Numbered from the stretch's first letter, positions 38,408-48,123 are shown. The stretch: DNA of 64,000 nt from a candidate division WWE3 bacterium RIFOXYB1_FULL_43_24 (GCA_001773135.1 MEVX01000006.1:26515-90514); one strand, 5' to 3'. The notes: generated by a model from the letters alone, not told the origin. Made by a program: numbers and translations.

Positions 38408-39500
38408 ATCCCACTATTACGGTAATATCGGACCTATCTACTTCGTTTTCATTAAACTTTTGCGCCTCAGTTTTTGAGATAATATTTTGTATTCCCAACA
38501 CCCTGCTCAAGTAAGTTAATGTAGCAGAATCCCGAATATCCGTAGCTATGTAACTTGTATCGTATAAGGTGGAGGCGTTTGAAACCGCCACTACCCTACC
38601 ACCGGAGTTCGTTACCAAACGCGATCCGAACAAAGCTACGCCCGGGTAATCCGTGCCGTTTAGAATTGCAACACTCAACTCTTCCTGTGAAATATTTCCG
38701 TCAAAATTCATGTTGGCTATCTGGTTATCCAGGTTTCCACTGTCATTTATGTCTTCCTGCGTAACCGAGTATGTGGAGATTGTATCTTTTGTCAAACTGC
38801 CGGAAAATTTAACGAGGGAGTAAAACTCATTTATACTCAGGTTGCTTATTGTATATTTCTTAAGTTCCGAAGCTACGCTTAGATTCAATATTTCCGACAG
38901 TCCTCGGCCTTTAAAAGAGTCTAATAAAGTTTCTGCCAGGTCTTCGTTTACTAAAATGTACCTGTCTATAGAAAATCCGAATATCCTCATCACCGTATTG
39001 TTCACCGATCTTATGCCGTCTTCAGTAACATTCGTGGAGTTCAACGCCCCGAGAGCAAAGACCTTTGAAATCTCCTCCTCACCAAATTTTCCTGTCATAT
39101 CAACTTTGGTGCTTAGAGGAATATCAAAAATACTTATTTTTTCATCGTTTTTATCGAAAATAATGTACTTTAAGCCTTTAAGAATGACGGGGTCGGCGTT
39201 AATATCCTCAACTTCTATAAACGACAACGTCACGATTTTACTGTCAGTAATGGAATAAGAGGTAACTGAAGAGGCTGAAGCAAATGTCTGGTTTAAATAC
39301 TTGTAGATAGAATACCCTGCCAAAAAAACAAAAGCTGATAGAAAAACTGCGCCGCCAATAGCCATCTGCGAAAAATACTTTTTAGTACCCCTGTTTATCA
39401 GTTTCTTCTTACCTGTTGTGGAATTAGTTTTCTTATTAATTGGTTTAGAAGAACTCCTCTTACGAATGGGAGCCTTCCTTTGGGCAGGTACAGATCTCAT
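38382..39500 (-). CDS. Membrane-anchored LytR-CpsA-Psr (LCP)-like protein, probably degenerate, with a LytR_C-like C-terminal domain
   Basis: A Lys-rich cytoplasmic N-terminal tail and one TM are followed by a segment that aligns in pattern to the LCP core, though the conserved Arg residues are absent. It then contains the motif VAILNGTDYPGVALFGSRL...VAVSNAS...DITVIVGFD. Its 3' end overlaps the ATPase gene by 26 bp. Confidence 0.45.
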   Translation of the reverse strand: MRSVPAQRKAPIRKRSSSKPINKKTNSTTGKKKLINRGTKKYFSQMAIGGAVFLSAFVFLAGYSIYKYLNQTFASASSVTSYSITDSKIVTLSFIEVEDINADPVILKGLKYIIFDKNDEKISIFDIPLSTKVDMTGKFGEEEISKVFALGALNSTNVTEDGIRSVNNTVMRIFGFSIDRYILVNEDLAETLLDSFKGRGLSEILNLSVASELKKYTISNLSINEFYSLVKFSGSLTKDTISTYSVTQEDINDSGNLDNQIANMNFDGNISQEELSVAILNGTDYPGVALFGSRLVTNSGGRVVAVSNASTLYDTSYIATDIRDSATLTYLSRVLGIQNIISKTEAQKFNENEVDRSDITVIVGFDTADSLY

Positions 39501-39516
39501 ATATGTTCATACATTA

Positions 39517-40245
39517 CTATATTTTTGAAGTGAATGGAAGATATTCCGTGGGTAAAGGCGACTCAAATTGTATAAATTCATGTAAATGAGGGTCAAAGAA
39601 CCTTATTTTGGTCGCATGCAGCATCATCCTCCCAAAGGCCTCTTCGCCAATTGTGAGTAAATTTCTTGGACAATAAATTGGGTCCCCGGCAATATACAAC
39701 AAAGCGGCTGCCAAATGTACCCTTATCTGGTGTGTACGTCCGGTTGACGGAATTACCTGAAGGTATGAAAATCGGTTTCCGGCAATTTCAACCTCATTTA
39801 CCTTTCTTACAAATGTGTGTGCTTCTTTACCTCCTGCCACTATCGCCATCTTCATAGGGTCTCTGGGGTTTCTTTTGATGGGTGCGTCGATTTCCATAGT
39901 GCCTTCCTCAGGGCTTCCGTGAACAATAGCTGCGTACTCCTTCTCTACCTGACGTTCTTTGAACTGGTTTAGCACGATTTCAAAAAATTCTGCGTTTTTT
40001 GCAACCAGCAAAATCCCCGAAGTGTCCTTATCCAGTCTATGCGCTATACCGGAACGCGCAGTAAAATCGGAGGGACTAACCTCTTCCGAGTCTACATCTC
40101 CTGCAACCGGACTTCTCTCCTCTATCATATCCTGCAAAGTGATACCTTTGGCCGTATTTGAGCGGTTAACTACTAAGCCAGCCGGTTTGTCGATTACCAG
40201 ATAATCATCGGTCTCGTGAATTATGTTTATTTTTTGATCTTCCAC
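39517..40245 (-). CDS. rluD: RluA-family 23S rRNA pseudouridine synthase (RluD-like)
   Basis: Contains IIHETDDYLVIDKPAGLVV and HRLDKDTSGILLVAKN (catalytic Asp). Length is 242 aa. Confidence 0.85.
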   Translation of the reverse strand: MEDQKINIIHETDDYLVIDKPAGLVVNRSNTAKGITLQDMIEERSPVAGDVDSEEVSPSDFTARSGIAHRLDKDTSGILLVAKNAEFFEIVLNQFKERQVEKEYAAIVHGSPEEGTMEIDAPIKRNPRDPMKMAIVAGGKEAHTFVRKVNEVEIAGNRFSYLQVIPSTGRTHQIRVHLAAALLYIAGDPIYCPRNLLTIGEEAFGRMMLHATKIRFFDPHLHEFIQFESPLPTEYLPFTSKI

Positions 40246-40529
40246 AGTTCGTATATTAACAGAAAGGCCCCCGAAGTCACTAACAGGTCAAATAAGTTGA
40301 ATTGGAATAGCCCCAAAAAGTCGACATAATCACGCACACAGCCTGTGAAAACGCGTTCCAGGGTGTTTAAAATTCCTCCCAGAAGGATAAAGGTAATGCC
40401 GAGACGGGATGTACGGGAAACAAAGTATTTTTTACGTGCCAAATAGAAAACCGTCACAAGTACTACCAGACTTAATTGGATAGGATAAAAAATCTCGCAA
40501 TTTGGGGTTGGGGCGGATAAAAAACCCAC
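40227..40529 (-). CDS. lspA: Signal peptidase II (LspA)-like, C-terminal half only; possibly truncated or a pseudogene
   Basis: LLGGILNTLERVFTGCVRDYVDF and FQFNLFDLLV align to the LspA blocks GGAxGNxxDR..VVDF and FNxAD. The protein is only 100 aa, the N-terminal half is missing, and there is no room upstream. Confidence 0.45.
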   Translation of the reverse strand: MGFLSAPTPNCEIFYPIQLSLVVLVTVFYLARKKYFVSRTSRLGITFILLGGILNTLERVFTGCVRDYVDFLGLFQFNLFDLLVTSGAFLLIYELWKIKK

Positions 40530-40535
40530 AGAAGC

Positions 40536-41540
40536 TTATTCTCCGTCAGCGTGCTCTAGACAGGTAGTAGCTTGGGGGTAGGCTTTTAACCTGGCCTTAT
40601 CTATCGGTTCTCCGCACACCTCGCATATTCCATACTTTCCTATCTTAATAGCTGCTAAAGCCCTTTTGACTTCAATTAGCGCTGTCTGCACAATGCTCAG
40701 CTGAGCGTCGGTGACAGATTTCCTCGTATCCTCTAAGATCGCCTCGTCCATATATTCAGAATTTGAGTCAGTCCTTCCTTTCTCAAGATAAGGATCTTCT
40801 TTAATAAGATTCGCCTGTTCTTTCTGAAGTTCTTTCTCTTTTTTGACCAATTGTCTTTTAATTAATTCTACGAACTCTTTTGGTAAATTTCTTGTGTTCA
40901 TATATTTTTTACTCCTGTAATACAAATTGGATAGACCAATAATAAACAATGCTCCCGAAAAGAGCAAATAACCGGGAGACTTAAAAAATACCAATACTAT
41001 AATGCCAAGATAAAAAGCAAATAAGGAAAAGATAAGACCGGACACAAATCTGTACCCTCTAAACCTCAACACACCTAAGTAGAAAGCCAATGTGAGGACA
41101 GTAACCCATAAATGGTTTGATGAATTAGTTATTAAATACCTTCCGAGACTTATAAAAACCAGGAAAAAACCGAAAGCCAGGGAATAAATATCAAATACTC
41201 TAAATAAAGACCAACGCCTTTTACCGGAGAAGTAAAACGGCGGCAAAAAAGCTCCTAAAAGCGTTACGAAGCTTACGGTAACCTCGTAATTAACCGATAA
41301 AAGAGGGTTATTAGGCCTGTAAAGACTTACGTAGGTGTAAAGACGTCCGAAAAGATAATAGAACAGAACCGCAACAACTGTGGATACAACAACAAGGTCA
41401 AGAAATCTCTCGTCATCAAAACCGTCCTTTCGCGCTTCATACCACATCACAAAAACCCAAAACACAAAACCCATTGCTAAGACAAGGTACATTGTGGGAA
41501 AACGGACAAGGCCGAAATTGATATTTTCTGATAGTAGCAT
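40536..41540 (-). CDS. Polytopic membrane domain continuous in frame with a DksA/TraR-type C4 zinc-finger domain (YlyA-like)
   Basis: The C-terminal 120 aa contain CEVCGEPIDKARLKAYPQATTCLEHA (DksA/TraR C4 finger) after a coiled coil. The N-terminal 220 aa have about seven hydrophobic helices. No stop codon separates them. The start was chosen at MLLSENINF to avoid overlapping efp. Confidence 0.45.
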   Translation of the reverse strand: MLLSENINFGLVRFPTMYLVLAMGFVFWVFVMWYEARKDGFDDERFLDLVVVSTVVAVLFYYLFGRLYTYVSLYRPNNPLLSVNYEVTVSFVTLLGAFLPPFYFSGKRRWSLFRVFDIYSLAFGFFLVFISLGRYLITNSSNHLWVTVLTLAFYLGVLRFRGYRFVSGLIFSLFAFYLGIIVLVFFKSPGYLLFSGALFIIGLSNLYYRSKKYMNTRNLPKEFVELIKRQLVKKEKELQKEQANLIKEDPYLEKGRTDSNSEYMDEAILEDTRKSVTDAQLSIVQTALIEVKRALAAIKIGKYGICEVCGEPIDKARLKAYPQATTCLEHADGE

Positions 41541-41541
41541 G

Positions 41542-42093
41542 TTAGGCTTTAGAAATATATTCTCCGGAACGTGTATCAACCTTAATTTTATCCCCGATTT
41601 TTATGAATATGGGTACTTTGACAACCGTTCCGTTAGTAAGAGTCGCTTCTTTTTGAACATTGGTAACTGTGTTTCCCTTATAACCGGGTTCTGTATACTG
41701 GATTTCGAAAACGAGGGACGCCGGAAGATCTACGGAGATTGGCCTGCCATCGAAATATTGAACTATAGCTTTCTCACCTTCTATTAAAAAATCAGCGGCT
41801 TTACCGAGAACGTCTTCCGAGATACTAAACTGTTCAAAAGTCGTAGGATCCATGAAAATGTAACTCCCGTCGTTATAGAGATACTGGGTAGTTTTAGTTT
41901 GAACATCAGCGTCCTCAACTTTCGCCGTGGCAATGTACCCTTTGTCCAAAACCTGCCCGGTAATAAGATTCCTCACACGCACTTTAACATTCGCGCTACC
42001 GCGGCTGACTTTTATATGCTCGTACTTAATAACCTGCAAAGGTTGACCGTTTTCCTGATATATTCTTCCTGTTTTCAAATCGGTTGCTATCAT
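41542..42093 (-). CDS. efp: Elongation factor P
   Basis: The start is taken at MIATDLKTGRIYQENGQPLQVIKYEHIKVSRGSANVKVRVRNLITG with the KPGKG-like loop. The protein is 184 aa. The track ORF's N-terminal extension runs over the tRNA and is an artefact. Confidence 0.9.
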   Translation of the reverse strand: MIATDLKTGRIYQENGQPLQVIKYEHIKVSRGSANVKVRVRNLITGQVLDKGYIATAKVEDADVQTKTTQYLYNDGSYIFMDPTTFEQFSISEDVLGKAADFLIEGEKAIVQYFDGRPISVDLPASLVFEIQYTEPGYKGNTVTNVQKEATLTNGTVVKVPIFIKIGDKIKVDTRSGEYISKA

Positions 42094-42099
42094 AATAAT

Positions 42100-42186
42100 T
42101 GGTGCCGTGGGAGAGAGTCGAACTCTCACGGGATCAGATCCCAGTGGTTTTTGAGACCACCGCGTATACCATTCCGCCACCACGGC
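42100..42186 (-). tRNA. tRNA-Leu (anticodon CAA), type II with a long variable arm
   Basis: The reverse complement is GCCGTGGTGGCGGAATGGTATACGCGGTGGTCTCAAAAACCACTGGGATCTGATCCCGTGAGAGTTCGACTCTCTCCCACGGCACCA. It has a 7 bp acceptor stem, a D-arm as in E. coli tRNA-Leu, anticodon loop CUCAAAA, a long variable stem-loop, the T-loop TTCGACT and an encoded CCA. Confidence 0.85.
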
Positions 42187-42323
42187 TCGAAATCAATACT
42201 ACTGCCTGGAACGCAGAATATGAGGAAGTACGGGAGTTTGCGCACCGGACAAGCCCCTTTTCCGCGCCACAACAAAGGCCCTCGAACCGCTCAATTCTAA
42301 CAATTTGAAGGCAAAAATGGAAG

Positions 42324-43685
42324 TTAATCCTGACTGTGAGATTCGACCTCGAAGAACTTCGTGAATTCGGATTTAAAGAACATATCGTACTCTCCGGTAG
42401 CACCGTTCCTGTGCTTCGCAACATTAAGCTTCAAATTTGTCCTATCTTCCTCATTTGGTCTGTATAAAAACATGACAACATCGGCGTCCTGCTCAATTGA
42501 ACCCGAATCGCGTAAATCCGACAGTTGCGGCTTCTTGTCTCCACCTCTCTGCTCAACCGCGCGGGACAACTGAGAAAGCGCCAAAACCGGGACTTTAAGT
42601 TCACGGGCAAGATTCTTTAAACCCTGAGAAATTTCGGATACTTCCTGCACCCTGCTTTCGGCTTTGGGAGCTCTGATGAGCTGCAAGTAGTCGACTATTA
42701 TTAAGTCAATTTTCTGTTCCAGCATCAATCTTCTGGCTTTTGTACGCATTTCAAGAAGGCCTATTCCGGCCGTGTCATCCACAAATATACTAGCTTCAGC
42801 CAACTCTCCTGCCGCTACACCGTATTTTTCAAAATCCTCGTCGTCAAGATTACCCGTCGCGATTTTCCAGTTATCTATGCCTGCCTGAGCAGATATCATC
42901 CTGTCAACAAGCATTTCCCTGCCCATTTCCAGCGAGAAAATGGCTATACCGCACTTTTTTTCTACAGAAGCGTATTGTGCAATATTCAGAGCAAGCGAAG
43001 TCTTACCGACTGAAGGACGCGCTGCTAAAATAATCAGGTTTTCTTTTTGCAAACCCGACAACAACCTATCTATATTTTTAAGTCCGGTCGGCACACCCCT
43101 GAGTGCTCCCCTATTTTTGCTTAGTTCATCCAGCCTTTCAAAAGTAATCTCCAGGGTATCTTTGAGCGGTATAAAGTCCTGGTACATAGCGTCCTGAGAA
43201 ACTGAGTAAACCAATTGCTCAGCTCTGTCCAAAACCTCTGCCACCTCGCGTTCATCAAAAGCCAATTCTCCGATTTCCGCGGATGCAGATATTAGCGCTC
43301 GTTTGATATAGTCATTTTTTATAAGTTTAGCGTATGCCTCGATATTGGCAGCCGTGGGAACCGAGTTTACAAGCTCGGTTAGATAAGATACACCTCCCAC
43401 CGCGGTAAGAAGATTCCTTCTCTTAAGCTCGCTGGGCACTGTTATTAGGTCAGCCGGTTCTCTTTTTTCAAAAAGCGTGAGTATGGCTTCATAAACATTT
43501 TGATGATTTTCGCGGTAAAAATGGTGGGGCCTTAAAAACTCTACAACCTTAACTATGGCGTCTTTATCCAATAAAAGAGCTCCGAGCACTGACTTTTCAG
43601 CCTGCTCGTCGTGCGGTGGGATGTGAACGCTCGGCTGCGTTGTTCGCACTCTTTCTTTTTGTTCGTTCGTTCTTTTTGCGGACAT
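42324..43685 (-). CDS. dnaB: Replicative DNA helicase DnaB
   Basis: The N-terminal domain reads PPHDEQAEKSVLGALLLD. A RecA-like C-terminal domain carries Walker A (GARPSVGKTSLALN). Length is 453 aa. Confidence 0.9.
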   Translation of the reverse strand: MSAKRTNEQKERVRTTQPSVHIPPHDEQAEKSVLGALLLDKDAIVKVVEFLRPHHFYRENHQNVYEAILTLFEKREPADLITVPSELKRRNLLTAVGGVSYLTELVNSVPTAANIEAYAKLIKNDYIKRALISASAEIGELAFDEREVAEVLDRAEQLVYSVSQDAMYQDFIPLKDTLEITFERLDELSKNRGALRGVPTGLKNIDRLLSGLQKENLIILAARPSVGKTSLALNIAQYASVEKKCGIAIFSLEMGREMLVDRMISAQAGIDNWKIATGNLDDEDFEKYGVAAGELAEASIFVDDTAGIGLLEMRTKARRLMLEQKIDLIIVDYLQLIRAPKAESRVQEVSEISQGLKNLARELKVPVLALSQLSRAVEQRGGDKKPQLSDLRDSGSIEQDADVVMFLYRPNEEDRTNLKLNVAKHRNGATGEYDMFFKSEFTKFFEVESHSQD

Positions 43686-43690
43686 TTTAT

Positions 43691-44344
43691 TTAGTGGGCT
43701 GGTTTAAGTATAATCACTTCGGTATCTTCAGGTATATCACTTCCGGACGATATTTTAAGCTTTTCTTCTCTTTTAACGTTGTTCTCTATTCCCATCTCAT
43801 CCATAAATTTATCCAGTCCTTGTAAATCGTCAAATCCAACAAGATCGTCAGTTTTATAATGCATGGGTAAAACAATTCCAGGTTCCAGGGAAGAAATAAC
43901 CTGCGCAGCTTTTTCTGCATTTATGGTATAGACACCCCCGATAGGGATCATCAGCACATCTACTTTTGAAATTTTTTCTAAAAGCTCGGTATTCAGCTCA
44001 TGGCCCAAATCTCCCAAGTGCATTAAAGTAAAACCGTCTATATCTATCACGTACATAGTCTGAGTACCTCTTTCATCACCTTTTTTGTCGTCGTGAAAAG
44101 TCGGTATACCGTATATAAACGCTCCGTTAACTTCGTATTCTCCCGGACCGTCGATTAATAGCTTGTAACCTGAAACACCGGAAATGTTATAGTGGTCAAA
44201 ATGATTGTGTGTAGTAAGTAAAATATCGGCGTCCATCTTGGGTAGCTTATATCCGATTTTTGGGTCGTAGGGGTCTATAACAATTGTTAAATCTTTTTTT
44301 CCCTTAATTTTGAAACACGAATGTCCGATATACGTAATTTCCAT
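43691..44344 (-). CDS. Metallo-beta-lactamase-fold metal-dependent hydrolase (UPF0173-like)
   Basis: The protein begins MEITYIGHSCFKIKG and contains LLTTHNHFDHYN (HxHxDH zinc motif). Length is 217 aa. Confidence 0.75.
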   Translation of the reverse strand: MEITYIGHSCFKIKGKKDLTIVIDPYDPKIGYKLPKMDADILLTTHNHFDHYNISGVSGYKLLIDGPGEYEVNGAFIYGIPTFHDDKKGDERGTQTMYVIDIDGFTLMHLGDLGHELNTELLEKISKVDVLMIPIGGVYTINAEKAAQVISSLEPGIVLPMHYKTDDLVGFDDLQGLDKFMDEMGIENNVKREEKLKISSGSDIPEDTEVIILKPAH

Positions 44345-44424
44345 GGCTTACATCATATCAATTAAATCATTTTAAGAAAAGGCGCAGACTTTCTTCTTAT
44401 TACCGGCGATTACTTTAAACTCAG

Positions 44425-45477
44425 GTGTTCAGTTATGAGCGAAAGTATCATATAATCTTAAATGATATGCCCAGGAGAATACTGCCCAAATCAATATCCG
44501 GAAACTTTATAGCTGTGCAAGCCGCGTTTCTCGGAGCAAATATAATTTGGGGTGCTGCTACTGCCGTCATCAAATATACCCTTGGTTACATCCCCCCTTT
44601 TACGTTCCTGTACTTAAGATTTATGATAGTCTGCATTGTAGTTCTACCTTTAGTAGCCCACCAGCTCAAAAAGGAACCCGTTCACAGGTCCGATTACCTT
44701 AATTTTTTTCTGCTCGGGCTTTTTTCACAAACATCTCTGATACTCCCCTTTGTTGCATTAAAATTCACCTCAGCTCTAGATTATGCGATTATCGGGGTTA
44801 TGGCCTCCGTTCTGACCGTATATGCAGGTCATTACTTTTATCACGACAAAATTAATAGGGGCATAACGGCTGGAATTGTTTTGGCCAGTCTGGGAACTAT
44901 CCTGATTGTTCTTGAACCGGTTCTTTGGGGACACGACAGTAATGGTGCGGTAGCAGAAAGGGTCCTAGGCAACATTTTGGGGCTTTTTTATGCACTCACA
45001 TGGGTCGTTTACGTAATATGGGCAAAACTCAGCATGGGGGGAAAGTCCTCCAATCTAAGGAAAACCCTAAGCTTTATCAAAATCAAGCCCATGTCCAGAA
45101 AATACTCGGCTACCACCATTGTGCTAATTTCTTTTTATGTCGGACTAGTAACATTAATTCCGCTTGCAGTGCTTGAAAATATCGGCGTGACGGGCGCGAG
45201 TGCTTTTGATATTCTCAGCATCGACATAAAAGGCGTGGCCGGTCTTCTTTATATGGCTCTGTTTTCTTCAATAATCGCGTACCTGCTCAACCAGTGGGGG
45301 CTTGAGAAGGCAAAAGTGTCAGATTTTGCTATTTTCGGCTATTTGGCGCCTGTTTTTACCCTACCCTTCGCATATCTCCTTTTAGGTGAACTGCCAAACA
45401 CTTTAATGCTTATAGGAACCGCATTTATTGCCGCGGGGGTCTTAATTGCCGAAAGAAATAACATTTCCGGGCTCTAA
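44425..45477 (+). CDS. EamA/DMT-family transporter (10 TM)
   Basis: Two EamA-like 5-TM repeats are present. Length is 350 aa. Confidence 0.6.
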   Translation: MFSYERKYHIILNDMPRRILPKSISGNFIAVQAAFLGANIIWGAATAVIKYTLGYIPPFTFLYLRFMIVCIVVLPLVAHQLKKEPVHRSDYLNFFLLGLFSQTSLILPFVALKFTSALDYAIIGVMASVLTVYAGHYFYHDKINRGITAGIVLASLGTILIVLEPVLWGHDSNGAVAERVLGNILGLFYALTWVVYVIWAKLSMGGKSSNLRKTLSFIKIKPMSRKYSATTIVLISFYVGLVTLIPLAVLENIGVTGASAFDILSIDIKGVAGLLYMALFSSIIAYLLNQWGLEKAKVSDFAIFGYLAPVFTLPFAYLLLGELPNTLMLIGTAFIAAGVLIAERNNISGL

Positions 45478-45529
45478 ACGACGCTCGGGCTTGTACTCAT
45501 TTGAAAATATTGATATACTCTTTTCCGCT

Positions 45530-45856
45530 ATGAAAAAGGAAATACATCCTAAAGTTAATAAAGAATGTGTCGTAACCTGCGCCTGCGGTAACACTTTTAC
45601 GACTATGTCTACACTTCCATCTATTTCGGTGGAAATTTGTGGTGCTTGCCACCCCTTTTATACCGGTCAGAGAAGGTTTGTCGACACAGAAAAGAGAATT
45701 GACAAATTCAACAGAAAAATGATTTTGGCGGATGAAAAGAAGAAAGCTGCAGATAAAATAAAGGTTTCTAAAAAAATCCAAAAGAAAGTCTCCGGTTCAA
45801 AAGACATGAGCGTAAAAGAAATGCTTGAACACATAAAAAAAGAAGAAGGTCAGTAG
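45530..45856 (+). CDS. rpmE: 50S ribosomal protein L31 with a Lys-rich C-terminal extension
   Basis: The start is taken at MKKEIHPKVNKECVVTCACGNTF...CGACHPFYTG (zinc ribbon type A). The protein is 108 aa against about 70 aa usual. Confidence 0.85.
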   Translation: MKKEIHPKVNKECVVTCACGNTFTTMSTLPSISVEICGACHPFYTGQRRFVDTEKRIDKFNRKMILADEKKKAADKIKVSKKIQKKVSGSKDMSVKEMLEHIKKEEGQ

Positions 45857-45974
45857 ATTACCACAAAAAGTACAATTTCCAAGAACAACAAATATGATAT
45901 TTCTGTGGCTGTAATCAATTCCGGGTGCCGTAGCTCTTCAACAACGGGCTATTCTCTGGAATAATAAAGGTGAT

Positions 45975-46910
45975 ATGGATTATTACAACGATTACATAAA
46001 AAATGAAATAGAAAAGATAGATAGCCTCATAAAAGAACACGAGGAAATGAGAGCGGGCGCTGACGAAGGTATGTTACAACTCGTAGAAGAAGAGATCTCC
46101 AAACTGAAAGAACAAAAAAGACAGCTCGAAACTCCCAAAGAGGATGAAGAAGATCCGCAGGAGGAAACCTTCGGTAATATTAACCCGAATGTTGCCACGT
46201 TAGAGATACGCTCGGGAACAGGGGGAAATGAGGCGGGGTTATTTGCTCAAGATTTATTCAGAATGTACGAACGGTACGCCGAAAAGAAAAACTGGAAAAT
46301 GACCGAGTTGTTCCGTTCGGAAAATGAAATAGGCGGCATAAAGACAATCTCAGTGGAGGTAAGAGGCACTAACGCCTACGGACTGCTAAGAAATGAGTCG
46401 GGGGTTCATCGGGTGCAGAGAGTTCCAACTACCGAATCGGGAGGACGTATACACACCTCGACAGCTACAGTTGCCGTGCTACCCAAACTTCAAAAAGTAG
46501 AGATAGAGATACACCCCGACGATTTAGTGTGGGAGTTTTTCCGTTCCGGGGGAAGCGGTGGTCAAAATGTAAACAAAGTATCCACAGCGGTGCGCCTTAT
46601 TCACAAGCCCACTGGGATTATCGTAGAGTGCCAGGAAGAGAGATCCCAGGGTAAAAACCGGGCAAAAGCTCTCGATATACTACATTCCAGAATTTACACC
46701 GAAATGCAGGAACAGCAAGTAAAAAGCATCTCTGAACTCAGGGCAGGGCAAGTGGGCGCGGGCATGAGAAATGAAAAAATCCGTACTTATAACTACCCGC
46801 AAAGTAGGGTTACGGACCACCGCGCCAATAAGTCATGGCACAACATCGGTATGATAATGGATGGAGATATAGAGGATATTCTAACTTATCTGGACACCAA
46901 GCTTAAGTAA
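45975..46910 (+). CDS. prfA: Peptide chain release factor 1 (short form)
   Basis: The GGQ motif is [18 protein letters not shown], and the tripeptide anticodon PTT (PxT type) lies in [25 protein letters not shown]. Length is 311 aa. Confidence 0.85.
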   Translation: MDYYNDYIKNEIEKIDSLIKEHEEMRAGADEGMLQLVEEEISKLKEQKRQLETPKEDEEDPQEETFGNINPNVATLEIRSGTGGNEAGLFAQDLFRMYERYAEKKNWKMTELFRSENEIGGIKTISVEVRGTNAYGLLRNESGVHRVQRVPTTESGGRIHTSTATVAVLPKLQKVEIEIHPDDLVWEFFRSGGSGGQNVNKVSTAVRLIHKPTGIIVECQEERSQGKNRAKALDILHSRIYTEMQEQQVKSISELRAGQVGAGMRNEKIRTYNYPQSRVTDHRANKSWHNIGMIMDGDIEDILTYLDTKLK

Positions 46911-46914
46911 CCGC

Positions 46915-48093
46915 TTATTGCAGGTTTTCGGGAGCCGCTTCAAGTTCCGCCGTAAATATTTCTTCCTTCCCTTCCCTATCGACGTAAAGTTTCAGCATGT
47001 CTCCAACTTTTGCCTTGGCGATAACCTGTGACAAGGAATTTTCTCCGTTCAAAGAAGTCTCATTTATTTTCGTAATAATATCACCTCTTAGTAAACCTGC
47101 TCTGCTGGCAGGAGACTCCGGACTGACTCTTGAAATGAACGCGCCGACCGGCATATCTCTTATTTCCGATATTTCCGGGGTAACCATTGTATAAGTGACC
47201 CCGAGATATGGTCTGACTATACGGCCTTCCTTAAGAAACCCGTCAAGAATCGGGATTAAGGTATTAACGGGTATGGCAAAACTTATATTGTCGGCTCCGA
47301 TTGAGGTAGCGACATTTATGCCGATTACCTGCCCTGAGGAGTTTACCAGGGGGCCCCCCGAATTTCCCGGATTTAAGGCAGCGTCCGTTTGAATAATGTT
47401 CTCATAAGTTTTAACCCCGCCGAACCCGCCGCCAGCCTGCAACTGTCTTGAAATACCGGAAACAACACCTACGGTAACCGTATTCTGGAATCTGCCCAAT
47501 GCGTTTCCTATGGCGATTGCCATCTGCCCTACTTTGGTGTTGTCCGAATCTGCAAATTCGACGGTAGGTAGATCGCGCGCCGTAATTTCGATGATTGCAA
47601 GATCCGAAATTTCATCCAGATGTATTTTGGTTGCTTCGTAGGTTTTCCCGTCTTTGGTCACAACTGTATATTCACCGCTCGGGTCGTCTACTACATGGCT
47701 GTTAGTAATAATTAGTCCATTCTTGTCTACAATAAACCCGGTTCCTATACCCTGATCGCTTGTGGTAGGTCCGCTGAAATAATCAAAGTTTACTGTTTTA
47801 ACAACTATCGAAACAACCGCGGGCGATACCTTGTCTACAGCGTCAATTACCGTGGATTCCTCATTCACTACTTGTTGACGTGTAACAATTCTGGAAGAAG
47901 AGTACTGGGAGCTATTTTTTTTAAATATGTTGGAGATCTTTTCCTGAAACTCCGAGAGCAACCCTGAGTCCGGGGTACTGGTCCTGCTAATTAACGAATT
48001 TTCCCCGTTAAATCTGACGTCGAGTATTAATAGTATGGAAACGAAAAAAATGAGCCACGCAATTCCGATTATGGTTCTTGAAGGTTTTTTCAT
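46915..48093 (-). CDS. htrA: HtrA/DegP-family serine protease with a PDZ domain
   Basis: A signal anchor is followed by the catalytic region ...TNSHVV... and GNSGGPLVN, then a C-terminal PDZ domain. Confidence 0.85.
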   Translation of the reverse strand: MKKPSRTIIGIAWLIFFVSILLILDVRFNGENSLISRTSTPDSGLLSEFQEKISNIFKKNSSQYSSSRIVTRQQVVNEESTVIDAVDKVSPAVVSIVVKTVNFDYFSGPTTSDQGIGTGFIVDKNGLIITNSHVVDDPSGEYTVVTKDGKTYEATKIHLDEISDLAIIEITARDLPTVEFADSDNTKVGQMAIAIGNALGRFQNTVTVGVVSGISRQLQAGGGFGGVKTYENIIQTDAALNPGNSGGPLVNSSGQVIGINVATSIGADNISFAIPVNTLIPILDGFLKEGRIVRPYLGVTYTMVTPEISEIRDMPVGAFISRVSPESPASRAGLLRGDIITKINETSLNGENSLSQVIAKAKVGDMLKLYVDREGKEEIFTAELEAAPENLQ

Positions 48094-48123
48094 AACATTT
48101 CCTCCTAATGGTTCAGAATTTTA

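Noticed and set aside
41542-42183. The six-frame ORF suggests a 213 aa EF-P with a 30 aa N-terminal extension
   Set aside because: The extension is the antisense of tRNA-Leu. The canonical EF-P N-terminus (MIATDLKTG...) starts at the internal ATG ending at 42093.
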